Positions 36,615 through 49,988 are shown, numbered from the stretch's first letter. The stretch: 64,000 nucleotides of DNA from Amoeboaphelidium protococcarum X5 (GCA_023515725.1 JALDTO010000208.1:186001-250000), one strand, 5' to 3'. Numbers and translations: made by a program. Notes: a model not told the origin generated them from the letters alone.

Positions 36615-39600
36615 ATGATGGTGGATGATAGTGACAGAGGGGGAAAAGAAGTTGTGGATTTGCTTATTAAAGAATTCACACAGTTGAAGAAGATTAATGG
36701 CAAGCTGGTGGCTGAGAACTTGTCTCTGAGAGATGATGTACGCGGATTTAGTAATTAGATTGACTTGTTGAACGGGCGCATCTAGACTAGCATTTAATAG
36801 CACCAAGATGTCTGTAATTAATTATCTCTGTCTGAGTAGAAGAATGTGGAATTGGTTGAATAGAATGAGAAATAAGCTGGTATTTTGAAGTATTTTAACA
36901 TTGATTCGAATGGTCAGTTTGATTTTGAGTTAATGCAAGAATTTTAGAACAAGGCACTGGTACATTATCAGCAGGTTAATTAGCAGCTTCAAGATACTAT
37001 TGAGACTGTAAAGAAGGAATTGAACTAGCACATGCATCATATGTATTCAGTGGAGTAGTCAAAGCTGGAGATGTAGACTGAGATTGCTGATTTGCGGCAT
37101 GAACGTGATTAGAAGAATGTCTAAATTGCAGAGATTAGTAGAGCATAAGATTAGAAGTCTACGCTTGAGAAGGAGAATAAAGTGTTAAAGTATAAAGTAT
37201 AGGACTTGTCTACTTAGTTGAGAGGATGCTTGATGCAGTTGCGTGGTGTTGAGATGGGTGGTGTTGAGAACAGGGGTGCAGATGTAAATAACACCTCCTC
37301 CCAAGATGTCATCAGTAATAATCTCGTGTCTATCAAGAGTGTCAAAGATTTACAGGATCGGAACATTGAACTGCTCGCCACTCTGCGCCAGGTAACTGAC
37401 GACTTTGAATAGAGAGATTTGGAGTACTAGAATTAGTTGAAGGCATTGGAATTGAAATTGGCTTAACAGGAAGTTTAGTAGAATGTTGAAATTGGCCATG
37501 ATAGTCATCTCTAGGTTGGTTAGTAATCCTAGTTATAGAGTTAGACATTGAAAGATAATGTCCATGAAGAGATTGAAGATGATGCGCAGTTGGATATGCT
37601 TTAGGATAGACATGATTCTATGAAGGCTGAATTCAAAGAGCAGATTCAAGAGCTGACGGATGATTTGTGCAGAGTCGAGAGCGATTTGTAGTAGATGAAG
37701 CTAAAGTAGAGTCAGTTATAGCATGATAAGCAAAAGTTGAGCAGGGAGTATGAAAAGTTGATTGTGGACAGAAATTCTTTGAAAAAGTAGTTGAGTGATA
37801 GCTAGCACTCTCTGGAGTAGAAGGAGTAGACAATTGCAGATCAATCCAAGTAGCTCGGGTCGACATAAAAGAAAAATTAAGACCTTATTGGTGAAATTGA
37901 AGATTTATAGCAGGAGGTTGCCGATCATCAGACTTAGTTTTAGAGCAAGGAAGTTGAAGTTTTATCATTAAAGAGTGAGATTGAGTAGCTAGAGTATAAT
38001 TTAAAGATTAAAGAAGATGAATTATTGGGATCAAAATCCTAGCTATCCGATCTGTAATAGCTTTTGAAGTAGAAAGAAGATCAGATTGTACAGATTAACA
38101 CATAGGTTTCGTCATTAAAGTCGTAGATCCAAGAGGTTACATCTTCGAATGATCAGTTTCGATCTGAATTAGATAGATAAAACGCTGAGTATGATGGGAA
38201 GGTGAACAATTTATAGTCAGAGTTGTAGAAGTCTTTGATATAATGTAATGAAAAGGACTAGTAATTAGTTGGAGTGTAGAAAGATTTACTGGATAAGACT
38301 GAAGATTATGAGACACTGGAATAGGAAGTGGACAGTTTGCGTAGTCAGATTGATAAAGTCACTAAGGAATTGCAATAGTCTGAAGGTCGTTTGAAAGTTA
38401 CGAATAAGGAATTGGATGATAAGTCTCTGAAACTTTTATAACTGGAAGCTGATAGTTAAAAGAGCAAGCAGGAGATTATCGAATTGAAGTAGAAGATTTC
38501 TATGTTGGAGACTGAAGCATCGAAGAGATTGTAACTTTAGTCTGATACTGTTGCCGGTGGTAATAACTCTAATTTGACTAGAGTTTAACAGGAGGATCCT
38601 GGGAGTAAAGCTGAACCGTAATCTTCCTCTTCAGTGTTCAGTAAGAAGATCGATTTTGAAGCTTTTGCTAATTTTGGCAAGCCTTAACCTGTGAAAGAAG
38701 CTCCCACCTAATAATAGACAATGAAGAAGGGCCGGCAATTATCCAAAGATAAATCAGCGACGACGAAAAATTAAATGGCCACTTCGAGTGGTGTTCTATG
38801 GGGTAATTCTGCTCCTCTTCAACTTCCAAATCTTTCTCTGCCTACTTGGTCAACTCCTCAGACTAGTAACTAATCTTCTTCGATATTTGGCTCCTCATTG
38901 TAAATGCCAGCGACGTAAGTGCCTTCATCCATCTCTTTGGGTGAGTAGTAGCCTGCCTCTATTTTACCGTATTCAGTTGGAGAGGATGTTGAAGTTAACG
39001 CTAAGTAGTTGTTAACTGCGTAAGAATCGGGCAAATCTAAAAGGACAATTAACTAAGTGGATGAGAATAGTGCTGCTAATGCATTTGAAGGTAAAAAATT
39101 TAAAGCTGAAGATAAATCATCTCCGCCTGTTGTCATTGAACCTGATAATGGGGATAAGAATAAAGCTATTTAGAAGGAGCGCGATTAAGAAGTTGAAGAG
39201 AGTATTAACAGTGTTAGTGTTGTGGATGTTGAGTAAGCAGTACCAACTACCATAAATGTTGACGCGCAAAGTTAATCCGATGTTGCAGCTGTACAGTCTG
39301 AAAGTACACATACCATAAGTTAATCCACGACCATTGATGAATTTCTCGCTGATCTCGAATCTCCACAGATTCAAGAGTTGGAGCCTCAATAAGAGGACCA
39401 GAATGACGCGCCCAAGTAAGTGTAAGATTTAAAGGAGAGTGTTAATGAAGCTGAAGTTGACGATGAAGAAGGAGCTGTTACAGAGACTGAAGATGATTTG
39501 CCAGATGTGAAGTAGATTCTCAAGCAGAACTTTGATCCGCAGGTCAGTTAAAGTTAGTCAACAGAGTCAGATGATAAAAAGAAGCCTGATGTTATTGTGA

Positions 39601-39833
39601 CATCATCTGGAAACAAAATTCAACGCATTACTTTTGATGACTTTAGTGCCGGGAAAACATAGAAGACTAAAGAAGTGCCGTCATAAGATGGTAAGAGTAA
39701 TTCAAGATTGAGTGGTGGTGGTGGTGACTAAACTCGGTCATTGTCATAGAGTGGAAAGCGTAAATCATTCTCTCCTAGTTAAAATAAACGCGGTGGTGCT
39801 CGGCGTGGTGGGTTTTCAGGTAAAAAGAGATGA
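36615..39833 (+). CDS. TPR/Mlp-like nuclear-basket coiled-coil protein (1072 aa)
   Basis: SSQDVISNNLVSIKSVKDLQDRNIELLATLRQV matches a conserved TPR/Mlp1 segment; long coiled-coil, acidic disordered tail, RGG/basic end. Confidence 0.72.
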
Positions 39834-39891
39834 GAGTGATAGATGATCTGGTGGCGAATAAAATGCTAACTCTATTATAATATTTCGGTTT

Positions 39892-41439
39892 TCACTCCTA
39901 TAAAAGTTCTTAGACTACTTGTTGGATATTTTCAGCGTAAAGCTCGCAGTTTTAACTCATCCACGATTCTCCCTTTGATCTATGCTTGATCAGTAGATTT
40001 GAATGCAAATCTTGCCGCCATCTATCATCGTTTTCGCCAATTACGAGCACATTAGGTGACATTAACTCCACCTCATCTTAGTCAACTACATTAGCAGTGA
40101 GCACACCGGTACAGTAGCTAACATCAAGATATTAAAGCTTTCGATTTTCAAGTTAATTTTTGGCAGCATCATATGTTTAACCAAGTTTTTCAATTAAGCT
40201 TATCACAGCGTCATAAGATATCAGAGTGCAGCCAGTCAATTTTAAAACTTGCAATTGCTTAGCACATTGAGCCACCTTCTGAAGTAAAGTATCTGTGACT
40301 GGTAGAAGCGACATCTTTAAACTTTTCAAGCGAGATCCAACACAAACACATGGCTCATGCCCACAGAATATAGAATCTTCCAAGTCTTTGCTTTAAAACT
40401 GAGGGCAGTTAGAGATGTTTAACGACTATAAATTTGGCATTCGCGTACCGATTATCTTCAATGCTTCTGGGCCTAATGATGGACAATAGCTCATATCCAA
40501 CTCTTTGACAGATTTAAGTTACCCACCCAAAGGTAAAACATTCTGCAGAAACTTTGCAGTCACAAATGGCATGGAGGACAATTTTACGCTCTCTAAATTC
40601 TGCCAAAGGTACGCCAGATTTTCTGCGTACGTGTCAGATATGACATAACTTTCAGACAGATCTAAGCTCTTCAGAGCACATTGTATCGGCTTCTAATTGG
40701 TATTGGACAGAACTCGACTTAAAGCCTTTGCAAATTGATCTCCATATCCTTTACCATTCCATTATTGCAAGTTGAGTAAATGCAGACGCGACCGTGCCTT
40801 GATATTAGACAGATAATAGAGCAGACAACTGGTTGAGCAGTAACATTCCTCTATGCCTACTTAATTATTTAGTGCACTTTAACATAGTGGAGTACGTCCG
40901 ATACCACCAAGATCTAACACTTGCAAGTTTAGACAATGAGGAAGCCATTTAAAAATGATAGAGGCGGGCACTAATCTATAACTGTGCATTGCTACACCAC
41001 TATCTCCAATCTGAGCATTGATGTATTAAAGAGAAATACTTCTAACCATGCTAGCATAATCATACTGTGGTCTGACGGGCTAAATCGCATTGTACAACGA
41101 GCACTCCTGATGAAATGGAATTACGCGACCAAATGCCTACTTATTCCAATACTGGATGAAACCCATTTGAGTAGCGATATCCATTTTGGAAAAGTTTGGT
41201 GACTTCCACAACAATTATACCGACACCGAAGACCATTTTCTGCAAGATAGAGTCAATTGTAGCAATGTCCACCTGCTAGATTGATCTTAAACGGTCTGTT
41301 TCAGCTTCTCTGCGCGATCGGCATTTGACTACGTTGCAACATCAACTGAATGGCGCGATTACATTCCTGCGCCTGGTACTGTTGATACTGCGTCAAAGCG
41401 CTTAAATATTTAAAGCAAAACATCAGCAGGAATGTCCAT
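39892..41439 (-). CDS. F-box/leucine-rich-repeat protein (515 aa)
   Basis: MDIPADVLLQIF...LTLSCRKWSSVSVQLLWKSP F-box, then AMN1-type LRRs (LQVLKLTGCTLIS, LDVSYC). Confidence 0.85.
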
Positions 41440-41633
41440 CTCTTCTAACTAATTTGTTTGATTATCACGATTTAAATGTAAAAAAGGAAGAATTTTGCTG
41501 ATAAGGACAGGTAATCGCACCCCCAATTTCTGGGTGGCAAGGAGGCCAGATCACACGAGGTAAGAGAAACGTGAAATCGAATGTTACATGAAGTGAAAAA
41601 ATTTTAAATAATTAATCCAACAAATCGGCATAC

Positions 41634-42064
41634 TCATTGCTTCTCTTCAATCGACGAGGGAATGCTAGTTTACTGCTTCTACTAGTCATCTGATGATGTG
41701 ACTTACGTGTCCACAGCTACTGCATCGCTTTTCATGTACTTATCCTCTTCCTAAATTATTTCATTCAATGAACTTTCCAGTTTATCGATACGATCTCCCA
41801 ACTCATCCACTACAATTATGAGAGGTTTTAGACAAGTTAACACATGCAAACGTTCTAAAAAGTACTCTTTGAAATCACATCTTTCGCCACTTGGTCAAAC
41901 TTGGTTTGCATCTCTTTCAACGTCTGGTCCACCTACACAACTCTGAGATTGATCAACTTTATTCATCATATTTACCAAGTATTATGAAAGGTTACAAACT
42001 TGGTCAGCTCAGCAGGATTAGATGCAAGCTTGACTGGATCCACCTAATTTTCTTTATTGCTCAT
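41634..42064 (-). CDS. HSBP1: Heat shock factor binding protein 1 (103 aa; introns 41933-41995, 41810-41865)
   Basis: NPAELTKF|VDQTLKEMQTKFDQVAKDVISK|MDELGDRIDKLESSLNEII. Confidence 0.88.
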
Positions 42065-42521
42065 AATCAAAGTATAGCTAGTGATAGGTTAAATTGTGCA
42101 GAACTAAGACGCTATTTATGATAGGTGAGTAAGTGAGTGAGGGAGTGGAGAAATAGAAAAGAAGCGCGTTAGTTTCAGCGAGAGATTTACTGAAACAGCC
42201 GTCTTGGTTCATTATGAGTGTGCACCAACCATTTTAAAGTAGTAACTCTCTTTTACTAACCGAATTAATATTCTGCTAATGTATGGATATATGTTAGCTC
42301 TGCAAAAAGATTAAAAGAAGGGCGGGATGTAGATTAAAAGTTGATTAAAACAATTGCGATGCACAGTATTGATGGATCTCGCAGAATGTGCCTCGACCTA
42401 GCAATAACTAAAATGATTCACTTCTATATTAGTATTATTCTTCTATTAATTCTTTAGAATTTGTATGAAGTGTAATGTCTAAATTATCGTCGATTAATTT
42501 CGAACTTCAACTTGAAACAAA

Positions 42522-42804
42522 TGCTGACCGATCACCCCGCCAATCCTTTCCATTGGCTCGCGTGTCAGGCCTAGCCCTCTACTTGAACTCTACTGGAAGA
42601 AAAATGGATCACATCAACTATAACGGCGGCGCCTCATCAACTTTAAATCGATCAATTAGGAAATTTTACAGAGCTAAGCCTCACTGAGCCATTAATTGGG
42701 CTTTTTAAGGAGCGAGATGGGCTCGTTGAGACTAGCAATCCTACGCCCTTGAACGCGTTGAGTCACGAGAACCTCTTCAACGCGTAAAAAGGAGTGGATG
42801 CCCC
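42522..42804 (-). ncRNA. Candidate structured non-coding RNA (~280 nt, four hairpin domains), family unassigned
   Basis: GC-richer island in a long intergenic gap. Minus-strand stems: ACGCGTTGA/TCAACGCGT extended by ACTCCTT/AAGGGCGT and GCATCC/GGATTGC; GAGCCCAT/ATGGCTC; AGGCTTAGCTCT/AGGGCTAGGCCT (12 bp, 2 G-U); GCCAAT-GGAAAG-GATTGGC inside TGAC/GTCA. The G-U pairs work only on the minus strand. Confidence 0.55.
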
Positions 42805-42966
42805 TTAAACTTAAAATATTCAATTTCAGATCTAACCTATTTTCTTCAGTCTTTTTTATTAAAAGCAGACATCCATTTTCTATCTACAGTACATTAATAC
42901 TATAGATATCTCTCATATTCCTTACAGGTCATCGATATCATAATTAATTAAAGTTTGACCATTTGA

Positions 42967-45900
42967 ATGATGATGAAGATTAATGTATTCGACTTTGTGA
43001 AATACTCGAGATAACAGGATAATATAGACGTTGAAGGCTGGCTTTGGTTTAAATAGAATGGATTGTATCATCATGATTAAGAGGACATTGTCACAGATAC
43101 TCGTAGCCGTACATTCAAACGTCAGTCTATGCAATCCAATAACTCTGGCAGTGTGGAGAATGTCAGCTGCAGTCAGTCTGGCTCCTCGCCCGCTGGTAAA
43201 TTATCTGATTATAAGCGGCGCTGGTTTGTTCTAAAAGGGAATCTTTTATTCTATTTTCGTTATAAGTCCTCCTCTACGCCGATTGGGTGTATACTGATAG
43301 AAGGTATGGACTGCGTCAGATCTAGTGATAATTAACCAGAATATCATGAATTTTAGCTGATTTCACGGTGCGATGCAGATAGCCTAGAATCGCCAGTGTC
43401 TCCATCAGTAACCACGTCCAGTTTGGCAGAGGGAGAGTCGTATATGAAGGCTAGACCGTGTATTCCCAATTCATACCATTTTGTTGCTGCTTCTGCTAAT
43501 GAATGTAATTCGTGGATGACTGCTATACTTAATGCACCGCTTAAAGCTGTGAGGTAGACTATGAATTCTCTTGTGGCCAGAGATAAAGAATGCTAGAGAT
43601 TGCTGAATGATTGCATGGCCACTCTGCAATAATTTCGCTTAAATGAATAGACTCCTAATGAAGATTCACTTGCAGATTAAGAGAAGGTGGATGGGATTGT
43701 AAGTAAGATGAAGTCTGTGTTTGAGCGTGATAATTAATCATCTGTGGGCAAGATTTCGATTGGTGGCAGCACTAGTATTAGGAGTAGAAGTTCAGAAAAT
43801 TCTTCGCTGGCGGCATCTTTACCTTCGTAGATGGGATCATAATTTGCTTTTAGGCCTGTATCTCCAGTGTTATCTGAGATTAAACGGCAAGAAGAGGCGT
43901 TTAGAAGCGCAATGAATCGTCCTATAGCACTTCCAACATCTGCATCTCCATCATGTCCTGCATTGTCTCAGTCGGCAAAGTCTCCTTCGCTCTTAACACT
44001 ATAACTGAGAACTCCTCCTCTGTCGCGTAAGACATCACTTGAGTCGTTACCGTCTTCTCATGTGCCTAATAAAGCTTAGTCTGACGATGCCGTTTATAGG
44101 CCCATTACTTCTGGATCATATGATGGTAAAAGCGGATCCGCCCTCATGAAAAGGTCCACCTTGAGTGGAATTAGATTAAGTTCTGGTAGAATGCATAGAT
44201 AAAGTGCACCTAGCAATGTACGGTCTGACAAATAAGTAGTTAGTTCACATTCAAAGTTGAAAGAAGTCACCACCAAGTAATCGCTTAATGATGTTTAATC
44301 TTTGGAAGATGTGCGTCAAGTGCTGCTGACGTTCACCGTTGATCTATAGAATGGGTACATTTCCGACTTGCTAAAAAAGTTGAATAGCGGTCAGAGTGGC
44401 CATTTGAAAACTGCTGTCAATTGGTTATCGCGTTAGATTCCATTTCAGGTGTCCAAAGACCAGATCTTGCATGATCTCATAGATATTGAGAATGAGTCAG
44501 ATTTTTAGAATATTTAATCAGATATCAATATTGCTGTGGTAATCTATGAGAAGAATGAGAGTGTGCAATCATCGCTCTATAAGCAGTTGACCACATCCAA
44601 TTTTTCATTTCTCAAGATTGGATAGTCTGAGATTGCTCAAGTCAAGGATGGGCGGCATGCAGAGTTTATTGTTCCTATCCAGTTGAAGATGGACGCCGGT
44701 AGAGAGTATCGAATTGAAATATAGTCTTTGAACAGTAGTAGCTCTGCCTCTCAGCTTAAGGCATTGGCATTTGTTGATGTGTCTCTCAAGTAACTCCTAT
44801 CTAGCTAGAGTTTGGATGGCAAGATTCGAAGGTAGTCTGCTAGATCCTCGATGGATTATAAATTGAATACCTGCTCGATGAATGTCTTCGCCTCTGAGGG
44901 AATCGACGACCTTTACTGGTCGCTGAATATCCAGTAGAAAATCAATGCTGGTGATATTGTTGGATAGTTATTTGTGAACGTTTACAAGAATCTCCACGTT
45001 CCTTCACCTGACAGTATTCTACCTCTGGCTGTTGAGACTCCTTAGTAGACTTAGATTTATCTCGTTCCTACCAAGAATCATCAATAGTTATAAATTAACG
45101 AGCAGTTGGTAGAAAGTCCTTATTCTCTCATGATTGCTCATGAGTTTGCCAAATTTAAATACGACTAGGAATCGCGTATTATTTATGCTCTCACTAATCC
45201 AGGCCTTGGACTTGATTCCGCCATGTTGACTGTGCTCTCGAATGGTTCATCGTCAAAAGAGTTAAGATAGAATGTGCTTGATAAAGTGATTGCTGTTCAT
45301 CAGATCCTACTAAAGTCTTACCAGCATGCTTTGGATTCATTGACTGAGAGACTGTCTGATGGTGGAAATGTTGGCAAGGATTATCTCCGCAAGAGTACTG
45401 ACAAGAAAAATGAGCAATTGCAGTGGGTAACATTGAATTGTAACGAACATTCTATACATGCAGATCTGCTTGATGACATGGATCTATCAGCCGATAGTAA
45501 AGCATAATCAGTTATAACAAGTGGTGCATTCGCTGCACATGCTATGGGGTACTCTATGCCAAAATAGATTTCTGGAAATTTTTTTAATGGCTCTGATATG
45601 CTGAGGCTTTGTCATTTCGAGAAGGATAAACTGCAATTGGATGTTTCAAATGACGGACTTCGCAGTACGGTGGATAAAGAGAAGAAGCTCCGCACTAAGC
45701 TCGCATCTACTCTTAATACTTATATAAATTTAGATCGACAGTCTTCATAACGTCCACAACTGTATCATAACGTCTGGGAGCATCTACAAGATTGGGTGCA
45801 ATTGATCATGGACGCATTATCGCGTAAGTATGTCGATTAAAGTGCTTATGACGGATTCCCTCATCAAGATTAGCTGAGGAATGGCTTATTTGAATTGACG

Positions 45901-47250
45901 CGATAAAAGGAGAAAATCCTCACTAGAGTCATCCCACTTGTAACTGAGAGATTGAAGGTGTTGGTAGATGCCAAGAATGACTAGCAGGCAGAGAACATTG
46001 CCGCTTTCAGTCAAAGTCTTACTTTTGCTGGTTAGAATTTCCGCCGCTTTAGTGAAATCGCTGCATTTGCCATCTATGAATTGGTTTTAGTATAGGAGTA
46101 TTAGGCTGCAAATGCTATTTTGGGTGAAGACATGTTGCGGTAGAAGGGAACGGTATTTAACGCTGATTTGATTTGCAGGTAGCGCATTAGATAAGAGATT
46201 TGTCAGAGTTAGGCGATAGGAGCATTGCTAACTGGATTTATTGGCCTTATATCACAACATTATCATGATGAGCAGTTTTGGTTGAATCTGGAATCTTTTG
46301 GTTTCCTGGCACATTTTGAGAGCCTTCTATCTGCATGCAACGATGAAAAAGTTATGCTCAATGATACTCAATAGGCTGTCAAGAGCTTGAGTGCAATTCA
46401 GTTCTGTTTTCATCAGTTTAACTCTGACATCAACGATGATTAAGCAAAGTTCAAGTTTACTCATAATGCAGGCAAAATGCTATTGTCCATTGGAGTGTCA
46501 CAATAGATTCTGATTAATATTCCGGAGAATATTCGTATTAAAGTAGTACCTTTGTTATTTGCGTAAGGTGTCAATGAGTAGCAAATCTTGGCTAATATCA
46601 GTGGTGACAACTCCATTCAGACGTAGATCAATGCTAACAGTTGTGCGGTACTTTCTCAGTATATGGATTAATGGAGAACGTGTGCTAGCAACAAGTAAAC
46701 TGAATTGGCCGATTCTCTGATGCATAAGCTCAAAATAAGTATTGGAGTTGAAATTGGCAACTAATAGTCAGATTCTCGTCGCTCCGTCAAGAAATTGAAG
46801 AACTCTGCCAATGTGCTCCTTCTCGCCTCCAATCTGACTCGAGACTTGTCAAGTGTCACTCCAGTTGTATCTCACTTTATCTCGTGCAAGTCGGGTAAGG
46901 ATCGCACAGCTATGGCTGTCACCTTGAACCATGTGCTATCTATCAGTGGTAAAGGCTCGAAGAGTTTGCGCAGTGTCAGTGATATTTCGTCTTCCATCTC
47001 TTCTATTGACAGTGCCGGTGCGTACAACGTTGATCTACATCCAGAGTATTTCTATCCTCGTCTAAATGCTATGCGTACGGAGAGTGGCCTCAGATTGTAT
47101 AATGTAGAAAGGAATTTCTCTCTAGATCAAGAGGCGAATTACGAAAGAGGATGCCGTGGTAAGTATGCTCTAAATTCTATTCAGCTTCAAATACTTCCTC
47201 ACCTGTACAGACCTCCTCCGCGAGTCACTAATGCGAACGTGTCAACGTGA
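42967..47250 (+). CDS. Inositol polyphosphate 4-phosphatase (INPP4-type) with N-terminal PH domain (1427 aa)
   Basis: PH motif YKRRWFVLKGNLLFYF; GFLAHFESLLS, LFAQGVNEQQILA, catalytic CKSGKDRTAMAVT, GKYALNSIQ...LYRPP; single exon. Confidence 0.92.
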
Positions 47251-48256
47251 TTGTCTCCTCCAGTTCAACTATTAGATGTTCTTAATTTACAATTCTCTTC
47301 TTGCATTTCTCTTTGCATGCAAACACCCGAATGGTAGCCCACTCCATTCCCATCCGCAAATCATCAGTGCTCTATGATATCTTTGAATCCAAATGTTTCC
47401 AAGGTTCCAGATATGATAAAACCGATGGCATAATCTGGCATTAGAATTGCCTCTCTCCACCACAGTGGCATTTGGGTATAGATTGAGATTTGATATCATT
47501 CGATCCATACGACATATCTCCTTTACCATCATGACTATAACGTATAAGAACATCTGGATTCATATTGATAAATTTCAGAAACTTTTTATACACTCCACGC
47601 GCAATCTTGCCAAATTGATCTTGTTCATATTACTCACCATTCCAATCTTCTTTAATATTAGATGAAGATTGTAATTATTGATAAGCTTTGTTGTTGTAAT
47701 GATTATTCACGTTACCGGAATGTAATTCCTTATCACTTTGATAGAATATACCATAACAGTCAAATGCGTGTTAAGATGATTACTGATTACTTTTGGATAC
47801 TTTTCTGCTAGCTTTCACAGAGATATTAGAATTAATCTATTTAGAAACTTCCAATTAATTCATTAAGCCAGATAGTTCATTAAGATCAAAGTTTAAACTC
47901 GATCCACCTAATAGAGATGTCCCAATGTTGTCGAATACAGGTTATTCAATTATCGGCGATTTACCACCATTACCCGAGTCGATTTACTGTAGATCGAGAG
48001 CGTTGACGCGATAGCACCTGAATGTATGAGACTTATAAGAGCATTCACGCGAGTTACATCCAAATATATAAAGCCACGAAGACTCTTCAATATTTTGCTA
48101 TGCAATAAGAATCATCCGGCTTCGACACTCGCTGCAATCAAAGATCATTTCCTTACTAACAAGATTCTTATCAAAATACACTGGCTATCCACCAATGAAA
48201 TTGTCATACAAGTCAGCAACATATCCTTTACTACCTTCCGCAAAAGCAAACTCCAT
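47225..48256 (-). CDS. TSR4: Tsr4/PDCD2-like uS5 chaperone (343 aa)
   Basis: NFIGGQPVYF...CSEC...LYIFGCNSREC...MEWATIRVFACKEKC...QEHLIVELEE; ends TGA 47225-47227. Confidence 0.85.
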
Positions 48257-48476
48257 ACTATACGACTTTTCACTAATCTAAATTCAACAGTTATAGCTGT
48301 GATTATTTTAATATGAGTTGGAGAGACGCGGTATGATCAATGCAGAAAACTGATAAAAAACAAGAAACCGTTTCAGATTTAGAACTGTTTCACCATGTGA
48401 AGTTCAATAACGATTTGTACCACAGTCTATGTTTAATTTTACTAAAACGACACTCAAATCAATATATGAGATAACT

Positions 48477-49865
48477 ATGGATTCGTCAGAGACTAATATC
48501 TAGTTTAGTGATGAGTTTGACGCGTAATATGATCCACTGTTTACAAGCTCTCTGAAGAGACATCGAGAGTGTCAGCCTCCTTTCAGCTCATCATTCTCTT
48601 TTGATGACAATAGTACGTATAATGGTGGATATCGAGAAGTTTTAGTAGATACTGACATCCTCAAGACTCAGTCTTCAAGGCAAGAGCACTTGATATTTTC
48701 TTCTGACGTATCAGAAGATGTTAGTATGGGCATTGCATCTGATGAATTCTCTGACAATTTGGATCTTGTTTCATCTGACCATTTGCACGCGCTGCTGAGT
48801 GATGAATTTGAACAGTTCAATGAAGAGGATCTCAGGTATGCTAGAACCCTTTAAGCTATATATAACATTGTTATGCTGCTTTGTAGGATTTTATAATAGG
48901 TGAATTCTATATAGAGACAAATATCGGGTGGAATCTCAGTACGATTACATAACAAGAAGGTAAATAATCGCATGTTGTCTAAACTATTGGAAGTGATTGT
49001 TCAGTAGATTAAATCTAATTCCAAATGTACCAAACGCGACGTTTATTACAAGTATGTGGATGTGTTTCTACAATAGAGGAATGTGGACACGCTAGTGGAT
49101 TTATTATCTCTACACTTTCAATGTCCAAGATCTAGTCTTCGTGTATATGGCTCATTGAAAGGTATCATCTACGGCGATCTGACGTTAAATCTCCATGATG
49201 GAACTTTGATTACTTGCAACTCAACCAGCTTGATTCCTCATGTTGATAGCATTTAATCTATTGAATCAAACAGAACAATTGGGAACCAGAAAGGTGCAAT
49301 TAATCATATTCTAATCGTTGAAAAGTGTGCCACGTTTACTCACCTGGTCAACATTGGTATATAACAACTGTTTGAAGGTCATAGTATCATCCTTGTATGT
49401 GGTAAAGGCTATCCCGATTTGAACACCCAGCTATTTCTCCTGTACCTTATGAAAGAGATGCCTAATGCTAAAGTGTCTATTCTGGTTGATTGTGATCCAC
49501 ATGGTATTGATATAATGCGCATCTATGAATTTGGATCTGCAAAACATACGCGTGAGCTGCATCATCAGGCTGGTATATCAAATCTATTACAACCCATAAT
49601 ACCCAGTCTTAGATGGATCGGTTTGAAACCATCACACATATCAAAGTATAATCTACCACAGGATCAATTAATTAAATTGACTGAACGTGAAGTGTAAGTT
49701 GCTCAAAATTATCTGACTGGACGTCATCAACACATGGATAGTCAAGTTAGACGCGAGTTGACGCGAATGCTAAAATTGGGCTATAAAGCTGAAATATAGG
49801 CACTATACTCCTAATCGAACGCACCCTTAATTGACTTAATTCATAACGAGCTGATACTGAATTGA
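48477..49865 (+). CDS. SPO11: Meiotic recombination protein Spo11 (462 aa)
   Basis: TKRDVYYK (catalytic Tyr), ILIVEKCATF, GKGYPDLNT, LVDCDPHGIDI, YKAEI[TAG=Q]AL; acidic N-terminal extension. Confidence 0.93.
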
Positions 49866-49988
49866 TAATCTAGTTTAATGTATTATTAATGTCTATTTTC
49901 ACTATGAAAGTTGGAATTTCTCCTCAAGTCACTCATGTTTTTAGCGGTTCTTTCACTTTGTTCTAATTAGAAAAGCAGCAGACTTAAA

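Noticed and set aside
42475-42687. 70 aa plus-strand ORF in the HSBP1-INPP4 gap
   Set aside because: No motif, and the region is better explained by minus-strand RNA structure.
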